The notes beneath the pieces are model-generated. The model ran no database searches. It saw nothing but the letters and a program-made list of their open reading frames with translations, and was not told the DNA's origin. A stretch of 27,907 bases of DNA. Origin: Pseudomonadota bacterium. Lineage in GTDB: Bacteria; Bdellovibrionota_B; Oligoflexia; Oligoflexales; CAIMVM01. Where the stretch lies: assembly GCA_037142195.1 (NCBI GenBank), contig JBAXBA010000045.1, positions 1-27,907 of the forward strand. The letters run 5' to 3'. Made by a program: the position numbers and the translations under genes. Below, in pieces: positions 1 to 8,015 of this stretch; the stretch's first letter is position 1; the number at the start of each line of letters is the position of its first letter.

Positions 1-53
1 GCTCATGAAAGACATCTTTAAACCCGACTCTTAACTCATCAGGATCGACCTCG

Positions 54-206
54 TCAAGGATCTCTCGCATGGACGTATCTGATGGCATTTTTTGAATCGG
101 AATCTTGATTCGAAAATTCGTCAGATTCGCTTTTATATGTCGACTCAGTGCTGACTTTACATGCTGAAATCGCCGTGATGAATACTATAGGAAATAGCAA
201 TTTCAT
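54..206 (-). CDS. Short putative lipoprotein, possibly the frameshifted N-terminus of a longer gene running off the window
   Basis: From the ATG at 206: MKLLFPIVFITAISAC, a signal peptide with lipobox-like ISA-C. The frame ends at TGA 56-54, while the +1 frame stays open to position 1. Confidence 0.5.
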   Translation of the reverse strand: MKLLFPIVFITAISACKVSTESTYKSESDEFSNQDSDSKNAIRYVHARDP

Positions 207-796
207 TTTGTTACTCCATTTGTAAAAGGAACCTAATTTTAACGCGATTCTGTACATTTTCAGCTATCTACGGTACCAGCTCGCATGTATCCCAATTTGA
301 CATCAAATACGCAGATTTCCTTGGCAGTAGTCCTTGCATCCAGAACCTACTGAGATGTCGCTTCAGTGCGCTTGCATGTCTCGATCAAGATTTTTGCGCG
401 CTTTCTTGCACAAAAAGTAAAACCTTTTAAAAGATTCCTAAGCCATGTTGAAAGGAAAGGGCATGCTGTAGCGGCCCTGTTGCTTCTATGGTTACTTAGT
501 CCCAAATTCATCGCACAGAACGGGCGGTAACCGATGGCCTGATAAGCTTCTTTGGTTGGTTCACTGGCCCAAAACGACAGCAATGGTTTTGGATTCCGAA
601 GGAAAAGGTCATTCATGGGAAAGGTTCTGATTTATCCGGTCAAGGTAATAGTCTAGAATGTGCACTCAATGTAAACATTCGCCTTGGGCCAATAAACCTT
701 GGGGGTGTTCTTTTTCCAGCCAAACACGCCCAGAATATGCTATTTTATCCTAGAGGTTAAAACCTTATTACATAATTCCAGTGCAAAGCAGTAAGA

Positions 797-1681
797 ATGA
801 AACATCGACATTTTAAATCTCTAAAAGAAGTTTTCCCGGTAGCCTTCGCCGTGCAAAATATTTTCGCATTTGTTCCCATCGCGATAAAGTCAACGAGTGC
901 TGATGTGTTAAGCATTGCCATCATTCGACTTTCCATAACGGTTTTTTGCTTAAGTTTTATGAAGATGGATTTTTTCAGTTACTTAAAAAGACATCTTTGG
1001 GTTTTTTTGTTACTTGGGGTCCTATTTTCCACTCATTGGTACACCTACTTTTCTGCTGTGAAGCTAGGTACCCCCTCGTTAGCCCTGCTAGGTTTAAGCA
1101 GCTACGGCATTTTTCTAAATTTCTATGCTTGGTTTTTCTTCAAGGAAAAAGCTAGCGTTACGTCTCTGTTAGCAGTTTTTGTCTCTATTTTTGGCGTTTA
1201 TCTTTTGGCTTCTGGCACGACAGCCGGAGAGGGAGAGGCCTTGTGGCTCGCTATTCTAAGCGGCAGTCTCTATGCGTTTTTGCCCATAGTTCATCGCAAA
1301 TTCGCCCACATCCCTACTAAAGTTAGAGTGCAGTTTCAATTTGCTGGTGCCTTAATTTTCTTTCTGCCATTTTGCAGTAGCCTTAATCTCCATTATGATT
1401 TTAGAGATTGGGGCTATCTTCTCTATCTGTCGGTCGGGGCCACCCTTGTTGGCCATGGACTGTGGGTTTGGGTAACAACTCACTCGACAGCCGTTTTTTC
1501 AAGTTTGGTTTACTATATTAATATTCCGATGGTACTTTTCTGGGAAAAGCTGGTTCTTGGTAAGACTTTGTCGGGAATTCAACTGACTGGAGCGGGCGTT
1601 ATGGTCGGCGCCCAATTGGTTCCTCTCCTTTTGAATCGACGTAACCTAAGAACAAATCAAGGAGTCATGCCAAATGATTGA
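797..1681 (+). CDS. DMT/EamA-family transporter
   Basis: 294 aa with about 10 hydrophobic segments in two EamA-like halves (IAIIRL, FFFKEK, LVLGKTLSGIQLTGAGV). Its end overlaps the selD start by 8 nt. Confidence 0.85.
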   Translation: MKHRHFKSLKEVFPVAFAVQNIFAFVPIAIKSTSADVLSIAIIRLSITVFCLSFMKMDFFSYLKRHLWVFLLLGVLFSTHWYTYFSAVKLGTPSLALLGLSSYGIFLNFYAWFFFKEKASVTSLLAVFVSIFGVYLLASGTTAGEGEALWLAILSGSLYAFLPIVHRKFAHIPTKVRVQFQFAGALIFFLPFCSSLNLHYDFRDWGYLLYLSVGATLVGHGLWVWVTTHSTAVFSSLVYYINIPMVLFWEKLVLGKTLSGIQLTGAGVMVGAQLVPLLLNRRNLRTNQGVMPND

Positions 1682-3752
1682 CTTAGTATTGGTGGGCGGT
1701 GGTCATTCCCATGCGTTGTTCCTTAAAATGTGGGCTATGAAGCCCTTAAGCCAAGTTCGGCTTACTTTGGTTTCGCCCGAGCCGCTGACCCCCTATTCTG
1801 GCATGATTCCGGGATACCTTGCAGGTGTTTATAGTTATGAGGACGTTCATATTGATCTTTTTAGGCTTACCGCGTTTGCCGAGGTAAGATTCCTAGTGGA
1901 TTCAGTCGAGAGTCTCGATCTAGTTCGGAAGCAAGTAAATCTTAACGCAACCGGAAAGTTAGAGTTTGATATTCTCTCTTTGAATATCGGAAGCACCCCT
2001 TACTCACTGCCTGACTTTTCGCAGCGCCTTACACCCATTAAACCTATTCAGCATTTTTTGCAGGTATTTGACCAGATCGTTATGCGAACTGAAATCCAGT
2101 CCTTGGCTGTAGTGGGAGCTGGGGCAAGTGGCGTGGAGCTTGCCCTTAATCTATCAGTAAGGCTTCCTCAAGCCCGTGTCACGCTCATTCATGCCTCAAG
2201 CAAGATTCTAGAGTCCTTTCCAGACTCGGTGAGGGACATTCTTTTAAAGGAGTTGGCTCTAAGGTCCATAGAACTTAAACTTAATACAACGGTACTATCA
2301 GAAAAAAATGGCACCCTATTTGCTTCAGGCATGGAACGTGAGTTTGATCATATTTTTTGGACGACTTCGCCGAAAGCTCCCGATTGGATTAAAGACTCAG
2401 GCTTAAGTGTCGATCGCAGAGGTTTTGTGGAAATTCTTCCGTCAATGCAATCGTCCAGTCATTCTTACGTCTTTGCTGCAGGGGACGTATCCAGTCTTAA
2501 AAACTACAATCTTGCCAAATCTGGCGTCTATGCAGTACGCTCTGCCAGATTCTTGCTCGCCAATATCAAAGCCTATATACAAAACAGGCCGCAAAAGCAA
2601 TGGAAGCCGAACTTAACGCCTTTAGCTCTCATTGGTATTAATGGAAAGTCCGCAGTAGCAGCGAAAGGAAGTTTTGGATTTAGAGCTAACTTTCTTTGGC
2701 AGATTAAGGATCGGATTGATCGCCGTTTTATGGCTCAGTTTCAGAATTTACGACCTATGGAAGAGGACATGCCATGTGGAGGCTGTGCCGCCAAAGTCAG
2801 TCCTACGGCTCTAGGTTGTTTTTTATCCACAGATCCTGGCACCGGGATTTCTAAAGAAGATGCGAGCCTTTTGCCTTTTGAGAATCTCGATCTCATTGCA
2901 AGTATTGATAGACTTACGAGTCTAGTTTTAGATCCCTTCGTTTTCGGCCAAATAGCGGTGCTTCATTCCTTGAGCGACATCTATGCTGCAGGAGGAACGC
3001 CTCGGTATATGCAGGTTTCCGTAGAACTTCCTAGGTCTACTCAAGATTTGCATCACCGTGACATAGGCCGAATTATGGATGGTGTGATGGCCTCGGCTAA
3101 GTCTTCCGGAGTAGAGCTCAAAGGAGGACATTCTGGGGTTGGCGAAGAGTTAGCAGTTACCGTAGCCGTGATTGGAAATACCGGGCAGAAGTCTACTCAA
3201 AAAAGATCTGGTACCGAGGGTGATGTTTTGGTTTTGACGAAACCCTTAGGTACTGGGATTGTTTTTTCGGGCCTTATGCAGCAAAAAACGGAAGCTAAGA
3301 GCGTCCAGCAAACGATTCATTCCATGCTTCAGTCAAATCGCAAAATTGCAGAGATCTTTAGCGATTTGGGTGTGGAAGCACAAACCGATGTTTCAGGATT
3401 TGGCCTACTTGGGCATCTTTTAGAGATGCTTCAAGGTAATGTAAGCGCCGTTATAAATGAGTCAAAATTACCGAGCTTTACCGGTGTACCCTCGTTGATT
3501 TCAAAAGGCATTCGTTCGAGTGCGTACGCTCAGAACTCAATTTTCTTAAAATATCTTCACGCAAGTAAATGGCCTGAAGCATTAAAGTATTTGCTTTGTG
3601 ACCCGCAAACTTCTGGGGGATTGCTGGCGTGTGTCCCTCAAAGCTTATTGCCAGAACTCTGGCATCAAGTGGATCGTTTAGGTTTAGAAAGACCATGGGC
3701 TATAGGTCACATTGTTTCCCTTCGAGCTAAGCCCATCTATTTGGAGCCTTAA
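1674..3752 (+). CDS. selD: Selenide,water dikinase SelD fused to an N-terminal FAD-dependent pyridine nucleotide-disulfide oxidoreductase domain
   Basis: N-terminal VLVGGGHSH, PYSGMIPG, VVGAGASGVE, FAAGD and KSGVYAVR. C-terminal CGGCAAK (Cys form, TGT codons), SDIYAAGG, GGHS, LTKPLGTG, TDVSGFGLLGHLLEM and DPQTSGGLL. Confidence 0.95.
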   Translation: MIDLVLVGGGHSHALFLKMWAMKPLSQVRLTLVSPEPLTPYSGMIPGYLAGVYSYEDVHIDLFRLTAFAEVRFLVDSVESLDLVRKQVNLNATGKLEFDILSLNIGSTPYSLPDFSQRLTPIKPIQHFLQVFDQIVMRTEIQSLAVVGAGASGVELALNLSVRLPQARVTLIHASSKILESFPDSVRDILLKELALRSIELKLNTTVLSEKNGTLFASGMEREFDHIFWTTSPKAPDWIKDSGLSVDRRGFVEILPSMQSSSHSYVFAAGDVSSLKNYNLAKSGVYAVRSARFLLANIKAYIQNRPQKQWKPNLTPLALIGINGKSAVAAKGSFGFRANFLWQIKDRIDRRFMAQFQNLRPMEEDMPCGGCAAKVSPTALGCFLSTDPGTGISKEDASLLPFENLDLIASIDRLTSLVLDPFVFGQIAVLHSLSDIYAAGGTPRYMQVSVELPRSTQDLHHRDIGRIMDGVMASAKSSGVELKGGHSGVGEELAVTVAVIGNTGQKSTQKRSGTEGDVLVLTKPLGTGIVFSGLMQQKTEAKSVQQTIHSMLQSNRKIAEIFSDLGVEAQTDVSGFGLLGHLLEMLQGNVSAVINESKLPSFTGVPSLISKGIRSSAYAQNSIFLKYLHASKWPEALKYLLCDPQTSGGLLACVPQSLLPELWHQVDRLGLERPWAIGHIVSLRAKPIYLEP

Positions 3753-3754
3753 CG

Positions 3755-4801
3755 ATGAATCTGAAGATTGAAGAAGTAGATTTCTTTGGAGCGCAAACGC
3801 AATTCAAAAGCCGAGATATAGCGCTTTTGGATTTGCGAGCGCCTGTAGAGTTCGTCAAAGGTTCGATTCCTACTGCTGTCAATCTGCCTCTATTTTCTGA
3901 CAAGGAACGAGCGGAAATAGGTACCATTTATAAGCAAGTTGGTAAGTCGGAAGCTGTAGAAAGGGGGGTCGAGATATTTTCCGAGAAATGCGAAGCATTC
4001 CTAAATCAAGTTTTAGGTTTAGTGAATGCTAAGCAGGAAATTGCGTTATATTGCGCGCGCGGTGGCCTTCGCTCGTCTTTTGTCGCTACTTTCCTGAAGG
4101 CCATCGGTCTAAAGGTTTTTCAACTCAGAGGAGGGTATAAATATTTCAGGTCTCAAGTCCAAACGGAGCTAGATCTCTTCGCAGCTCACCCTAAATTAGT
4201 TTTAATAGGCATGACAGGTTCAGGAAAAACAGAGGTACTAGAACACTTAAGGGGTTGTCCCGTAATCGACTTTGAAGGGCTTGCCGGTCATCGAGGATCC
4301 GCCCTGGGTGGAATGGCACAGAAATTTCCGCCCGCAACACAGCAGAATTTTGAAAACTTGATTGCATTTCACTATTCTAGAATTAAGAAGTCTGCTCTTA
4401 TTTTGGTAGAACACGAAACAAGCTTAGGGGATGTGATTCTGCCCACGGCTCTCCGGCTTTCTTTAAAACTAGGGAAGATGGTTCTCTTGAAACGCAGTTT
4501 CGAAGATCGGGTATCGAGCATTACTAAGGTCTATTTTTCAAATTTCACGGAGTCTGAATTTGAAAAATTTGAGGCGAGTATCAATCTTTTTAAAAACCAA
4601 ATATTACCTACTACTAAACAACTGCTTATCGCCCTTGCGCGGGAAAGAAAGTTTTCCGAATTGACCGAAATCTTGCTTCGGGAACGATACGACAAAACCT
4701 ATCAAAAATTTCTAACTCATTCCGAACCCAATATTGTAAAGACTTTGGATTTATCAGCGGACTTCCAAGAAAGCATTCAGTGGATTAAACTTCAACTTTA
4801 G
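3755..4801 (+). CDS. mnmH: tRNA 2-selenouridine(34) synthase MnmH/SelU (YbbB)
   Basis: Rhodanese domain (DLRAPVEF, NLPL, ERAEIGTIYKQ, YCARGGLRS), P-loop GMTGSGKT and DFEGLAGHRGS. Starts 2 nt after the selD stop. Confidence 0.93.
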   Translation: MNLKIEEVDFFGAQTQFKSRDIALLDLRAPVEFVKGSIPTAVNLPLFSDKERAEIGTIYKQVGKSEAVERGVEIFSEKCEAFLNQVLGLVNAKQEIALYCARGGLRSSFVATFLKAIGLKVFQLRGGYKYFRSQVQTELDLFAAHPKLVLIGMTGSGKTEVLEHLRGCPVIDFEGLAGHRGSALGGMAQKFPPATQQNFENLIAFHYSRIKKSALILVEHETSLGDVILPTALRLSLKLGKMVLLKRSFEDRVSSITKVYFSNFTESEFEKFEASINLFKNQILPTTKQLLIALARERKFSELTEILLRERYDKTYQKFLTHSEPNIVKTLDLSADFQESIQWIKLQL

Positions 4802-5015
4802 ATATCTTTGGATCGAAGGCTGATCCTTGCTTTGGCGCGACGACTGGCAAGGATAGATGAGCTCAGGCATGGGTCCTCTGTCTAGAATTCGTCTTCTTGC
4901 TTCATGTCTCGACTTTAATTGAGGCTTCCCAGGTTGCAATCGTCAGAGATGTTTTTAAGTACAAGACCGTCGAAAGAAGCACTTTGCGAAATGTATGGCA
5001 TTATCGGAGAAATAC

Positions 5016-5040
5016 AAAAAAAGGGTTCCTAAAAGAACCC
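5016..5040 (-). terminator. Intrinsic terminator of the 5064-5297 gene
   Basis: Minus strand reads GGGTTC-TTTTAG-GAACCC followed by T7, about 25 nt after the stop codon. Confidence 0.75.
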
Positions 5041-5063
5041 AGGTAACAAAGGGGGATTTAGAA

Positions 5064-5297
5064 TTAACCTTCGCTTGGTGGGACGGACTTGGGAAATAAA
5101 GTTCTTTTGCTTGTCTTTAGCTCTTTGAATAGCGCCTTTATTTTTTTATAGGCTTCAACGCTTGAATATTTACCACCAGCCTCTAATGCGCAAATCATAC
5201 TAACTTGCATCGCGAACTCTTGAAGCTCGCTATCAAGGATGTTTTTTTTCTCTTTTTCGTCAAGTTCTTCCACGAATAGATTTCTCGCTATAGCCAT
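5064..5297 (-). CDS. Small conserved protein (77 aa) with an LQEFAxxVSxICALExGGK motif (DUF7219-like, from memory)
   Basis: ATG at 5297 preceded by AAGGGGTG, with its own terminator. The motif resembles a small cyanobacterial protein family. Confidence 0.75.
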   Translation of the reverse strand: MAIARNLFVEELDEKEKKNILDSELQEFAMQVSMICALEAGGKYSSVEAYKKIKALFKELKTSKRTLFPKSVPPSEG

Positions 5298-5483
5298 GAT
5301 TATCACCCCTTTTTGTGCATTTATAAAACTATGACACCAAATAGGCAAAAAGGGAACCCGTCAACTGGCCATCCTATTGGTTTTTTTGGACAATGTAAAC
5401 ATGAATTCGCACGGCTTGTTGGCTTCCCATCGTTTTTTTGAGATCCCCACTTGACAGAAGAGTAAGGGTCGGTTTTATGGTAC

Positions 5484-6158
5484 GTGCGCTTTGACCTGGG
5501 GAGATCTCGATCTTTGTCTTATCTTATTCTTTACAGAAGTGATTTCTTTGTGATCGTAGATAAACCCGCCGGTATATTGTCTGTGCCGTCTCGTCAGGGG
5601 GAGGCTGATCCTCGGCCGGTTTTAGGATGGGAACTCGAAAAGCAATTCGGGGCCCGCCTTTGGCCAGTTCATAGGCTAGATGAGGAAGTCTCTGGTGCTA
5701 TCCTGTTTGCTTTTTCCGGGCCAGCCCATAAGGCGGCCAATACATGGTTTGAGAATAGACTTGTAGAAAAGACATATGAAGCCCTGTCGTTAGGCGACGG
5801 AGGCATGAAAGAGGGTGAGCTTTTTACTTGGCGCTGCAAAATGGCAAGAGGAAAGAAACGGGCCTATATCCATGATAAAATTGGCAAAGAATCTTGCACG
5901 GAAGGAAAATTTATAGGAATGGTGAAGGACTCTTTCTACTGGAAGCTTTATCCCAAAACGGGACGATCCCATCAGCTTCGTTTTGAAATGGCCCGTCACT
6001 CGGCGCCCATTCTCGGAGACCTTCTTTATGGCGGACCTCAATGGAGCAGGCCAGGCATAGGCCTTAGAAGTGTTGGCTTGGACTTTTCTCAGATACCAGC
6101 CGAAGACAGATGGGGCCTTCCGGCACGAATCGATGCTCAATCACTGAGGGACATGTGA
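5484..6158 (+). CDS. RluA-family RNA pseudouridine synthase
   Basis: DKPAG, VHRLDEEVSG (catalytic Asp), KTYEA, TGRSHQLR and PILGDLLYG. The start could be TTG 5514. Confidence 0.92.
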   Translation: MRFDLGRSRSLSYLILYRSDFFVIVDKPAGILSVPSRQGEADPRPVLGWELEKQFGARLWPVHRLDEEVSGAILFAFSGPAHKAANTWFENRLVEKTYEALSLGDGGMKEGELFTWRCKMARGKKRAYIHDKIGKESCTEGKFIGMVKDSFYWKLYPKTGRSHQLRFEMARHSAPILGDLLYGGPQWSRPGIGLRSVGLDFSQIPAEDRWGLPARIDAQSLRDM

Positions 6159-6973
6159 CACTTTTATCGGGAGCTATTTCTAAATGGAAACGTGGGGAGC
6201 TTAGTGATCCCATCATGGCGAGCACCTTTCTTCTTAGTAAGGCTTACGAAAGAGATTCGAGTCTATTGGCCAGAAAATCCTCAAAGTTTTTAAAAATTAC
6301 AAGTACTTCGATTTTCCCAATATTGGACTCTTCCCTGTCCACGAATTGTCCCGACCATTTGATCGAACTTTTTACCGGACAAAGATTAAAAGGCTATTCC
6401 ATCCGGGTAAGTGATTCCCTGGAGAACTGGCTTAGGGGGCATTGGCAAATGAAGCTTCTGGAAAGCATACCCTTTCCTTCCCAAGTTTTTCAAATGCAAT
6501 GTCAGGGCATTAGGCCTGTATCGATGATTATTGATACAGATATGTGGGGCCGTCCCATTCGTGATCATGATGATGAATTGGATTTCATGGTTCATGACTT
6601 AGAACACGCTGCTAACTTTCATAAGTCAGTTTCCTGGAAAGAAGCTCAGGTCGCTTTCTTCAATGATTTAAGCAAGATTCAAGGTGTGATTAAGCCTCAT
6701 TTAAAGAATGCAAGGTTTAGACAAAAGTATGAATATATGATCGCCGACATGAATAGCCATGTTCTACACTTAATCTTGTTTTTAAGAGCGAGTCTTTTAG
6801 AATATTTAGATGATCGAGAGGTCTACCAGGATGTATTGTCCGACCTTGCCGAAGCCTTTGCTTTTGATGGGGAGGTCAAAGAAAGCTTCCTTCATTTTGA
6901 AAGGTTGCCGCGGTATGAAGCTTCCGTGGCCCTCACCGAATACTATCAAAACTACCGGTTACAGCTCATTTAA
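6155..6973 (+). CDS. Hypothetical protein with an HDLEH motif
   Basis: GTG at 6155 overlaps the rluA stop (GTGA), giving a 272-aa open frame containing DFMVHDLEHA and ADMNSH. Confidence 0.75.
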   Translation: MTLLSGAISKWKRGELSDPIMASTFLLSKAYERDSSLLARKSSKFLKITSTSIFPILDSSLSTNCPDHLIELFTGQRLKGYSIRVSDSLENWLRGHWQMKLLESIPFPSQVFQMQCQGIRPVSMIIDTDMWGRPIRDHDDELDFMVHDLEHAANFHKSVSWKEAQVAFFNDLSKIQGVIKPHLKNARFRQKYEYMIADMNSHVLHLILFLRASLLEYLDDREVYQDVLSDLAEAFAFDGEVKESFLHFERLPRYEASVALTEYYQNYRLQLI

Positions 6974-7054
6974 ACTGCAAACATTTTTGACAGTTTGTCC
7001 TTATTTTCGACGAATAGTGCCTCTTATGTATCGAGAATAAGGCCCCCCCCTCCC

Positions 7055-7070
7055 TGGCATGGCTCTTGAA
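7055..7070 (+). promoter_or_regulatory. Putative sigma54 (-24/-12) promoter
   Basis: TGGCAT-GGCTC-TTGAA versus consensus TGGCAC-N5-TTGCW, with GA in place of GC at -12. SD GGAGG at 7083-7087 and ATG at 7095 follow. Confidence 0.45.
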
Positions 7071-7094
7071 TAGAAAGTGTTCGGAGGATTGGTC

Positions 7095-7886
7095 ATGCGC
7101 CAGACATTTATTCTATTTTTCATTTTTTCATACGCCAGCCTAAGCTGCAACGACAAGCAGGTTCATGGAATTGTTTCCAACGAAGCGAAGTCTCATTATA
7201 TTCGAGTTGTTCAGGGCAAAGATACTGTACTTTTTGAAAAAATTGCTTCTGAAAAAGAAACTATTTACTCTGAAAACTATCTCGATCGTAGTTGTACTCT
7301 TTACTCCGGGATGACCTTAAATTTAAATACGGCACCGGTTCCTACAAAGGATGGTTACCTAAAAGTTGATTTTTCGATGCCGGTTCCCGGATGCGAAATT
7401 GCAAGTGGTTATGTATTAGAGTCAGATGTGGAATCGTCTCTGCCAAAGGTAGATGCCATGTCAAAAAATGAAAGAGCCTTTCTCTCTACGATTGCTTACG
7501 CAGAAGGGACGGGAGATACTTACAACTATATATTTTCCCATGCTAGTTTTAGCTCCTATGAGGATCATCCGCGCCAGAGAAAGTGCTCCAACGGTCTTTG
7601 CTCCAACGCAGCAGGTAGGTACCAATTTTTAGCAGGAACATGGGACCCATTGGCAAGAAAAGCCGGCGTTAAGGATTTCACTCCTGCGAGTCAAGATATG
7701 GTTTGCCTAGCGCTCATAAAAGAGGTTGATGCCACCCAAGACGTGATGGCTTCGAATCAATATGCATCTTTTGAACGAGCAATTTACTCACTTTCTGGAA
7801 AGTGGGCCTCTCTACCTGGGGCACCCTATGGGCAACCTACTAAATCTATGTCAGACCTATGGCGATTTTATCAAAGCCAGTTGTGA
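7095..7886 (+). CDS. Lipoprotein with a C-terminal phage-lambda-R-like muramidase/lytic transglycosylase (GH104) domain
   Basis: SD GGAGG and signal peptide ending SLS-C. C-terminal RAFLSTIAYAEGT (catalytic Glu), HPR, AAGRYQFLAGTW, DFTPASQD and WASLPGAPYGQP. Confidence 0.88.
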   Translation: MRQTFILFFIFSYASLSCNDKQVHGIVSNEAKSHYIRVVQGKDTVLFEKIASEKETIYSENYLDRSCTLYSGMTLNLNTAPVPTKDGYLKVDFSMPVPGCEIASGYVLESDVESSLPKVDAMSKNERAFLSTIAYAEGTGDTYNYIFSHASFSSYEDHPRQRKCSNGLCSNAAGRYQFLAGTWDPLARKAGVKDFTPASQDMVCLALIKEVDATQDVMASNQYASFERAIYSLSGKWASLPGAPYGQPTKSMSDLWRFYQSQL

Positions 7887-8015
7887 GGATCTGGGGTTTT
7901 CTAAATGGGGGCGGTGGGAATCGCGAGGTTGCTGCACCTTTCTACGAGAGGCCCCAGGTGCAATTCTCCTTTTCTCCTCACTCGCAGTGGGGAACCTCGG
8001 CGCTGGATCGCTCTG

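Noticed and set aside
347..616. 89-aa minus-strand ORF upstream of EamA
   Set aside because: No recognisable motif or clear SD. Probably a chance ORF in a divergent intergenic region.
2770..2795. Selenocysteine in the SelD active site, or UGA read-through elsewhere
   Set aside because: The active-site codons are TGT. Read-through of the TGA stops at 54-56 and 7884-7886 meets another stop within a few codons, and no SECIS-like context is evident.
3860..3870. tRNA T-arm-like GGTTCGATTCC
   Set aside because: It lies in frame within mnmH (KGSIP) and no cloverleaf forms around it.
4823..4854. ATCCTTGC/GCAAGGAT hairpin after mnmH as a SECIS or terminator
   Set aside because: No upstream in-frame UGA and no U-tract. 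At most a 3' stabilising stem.
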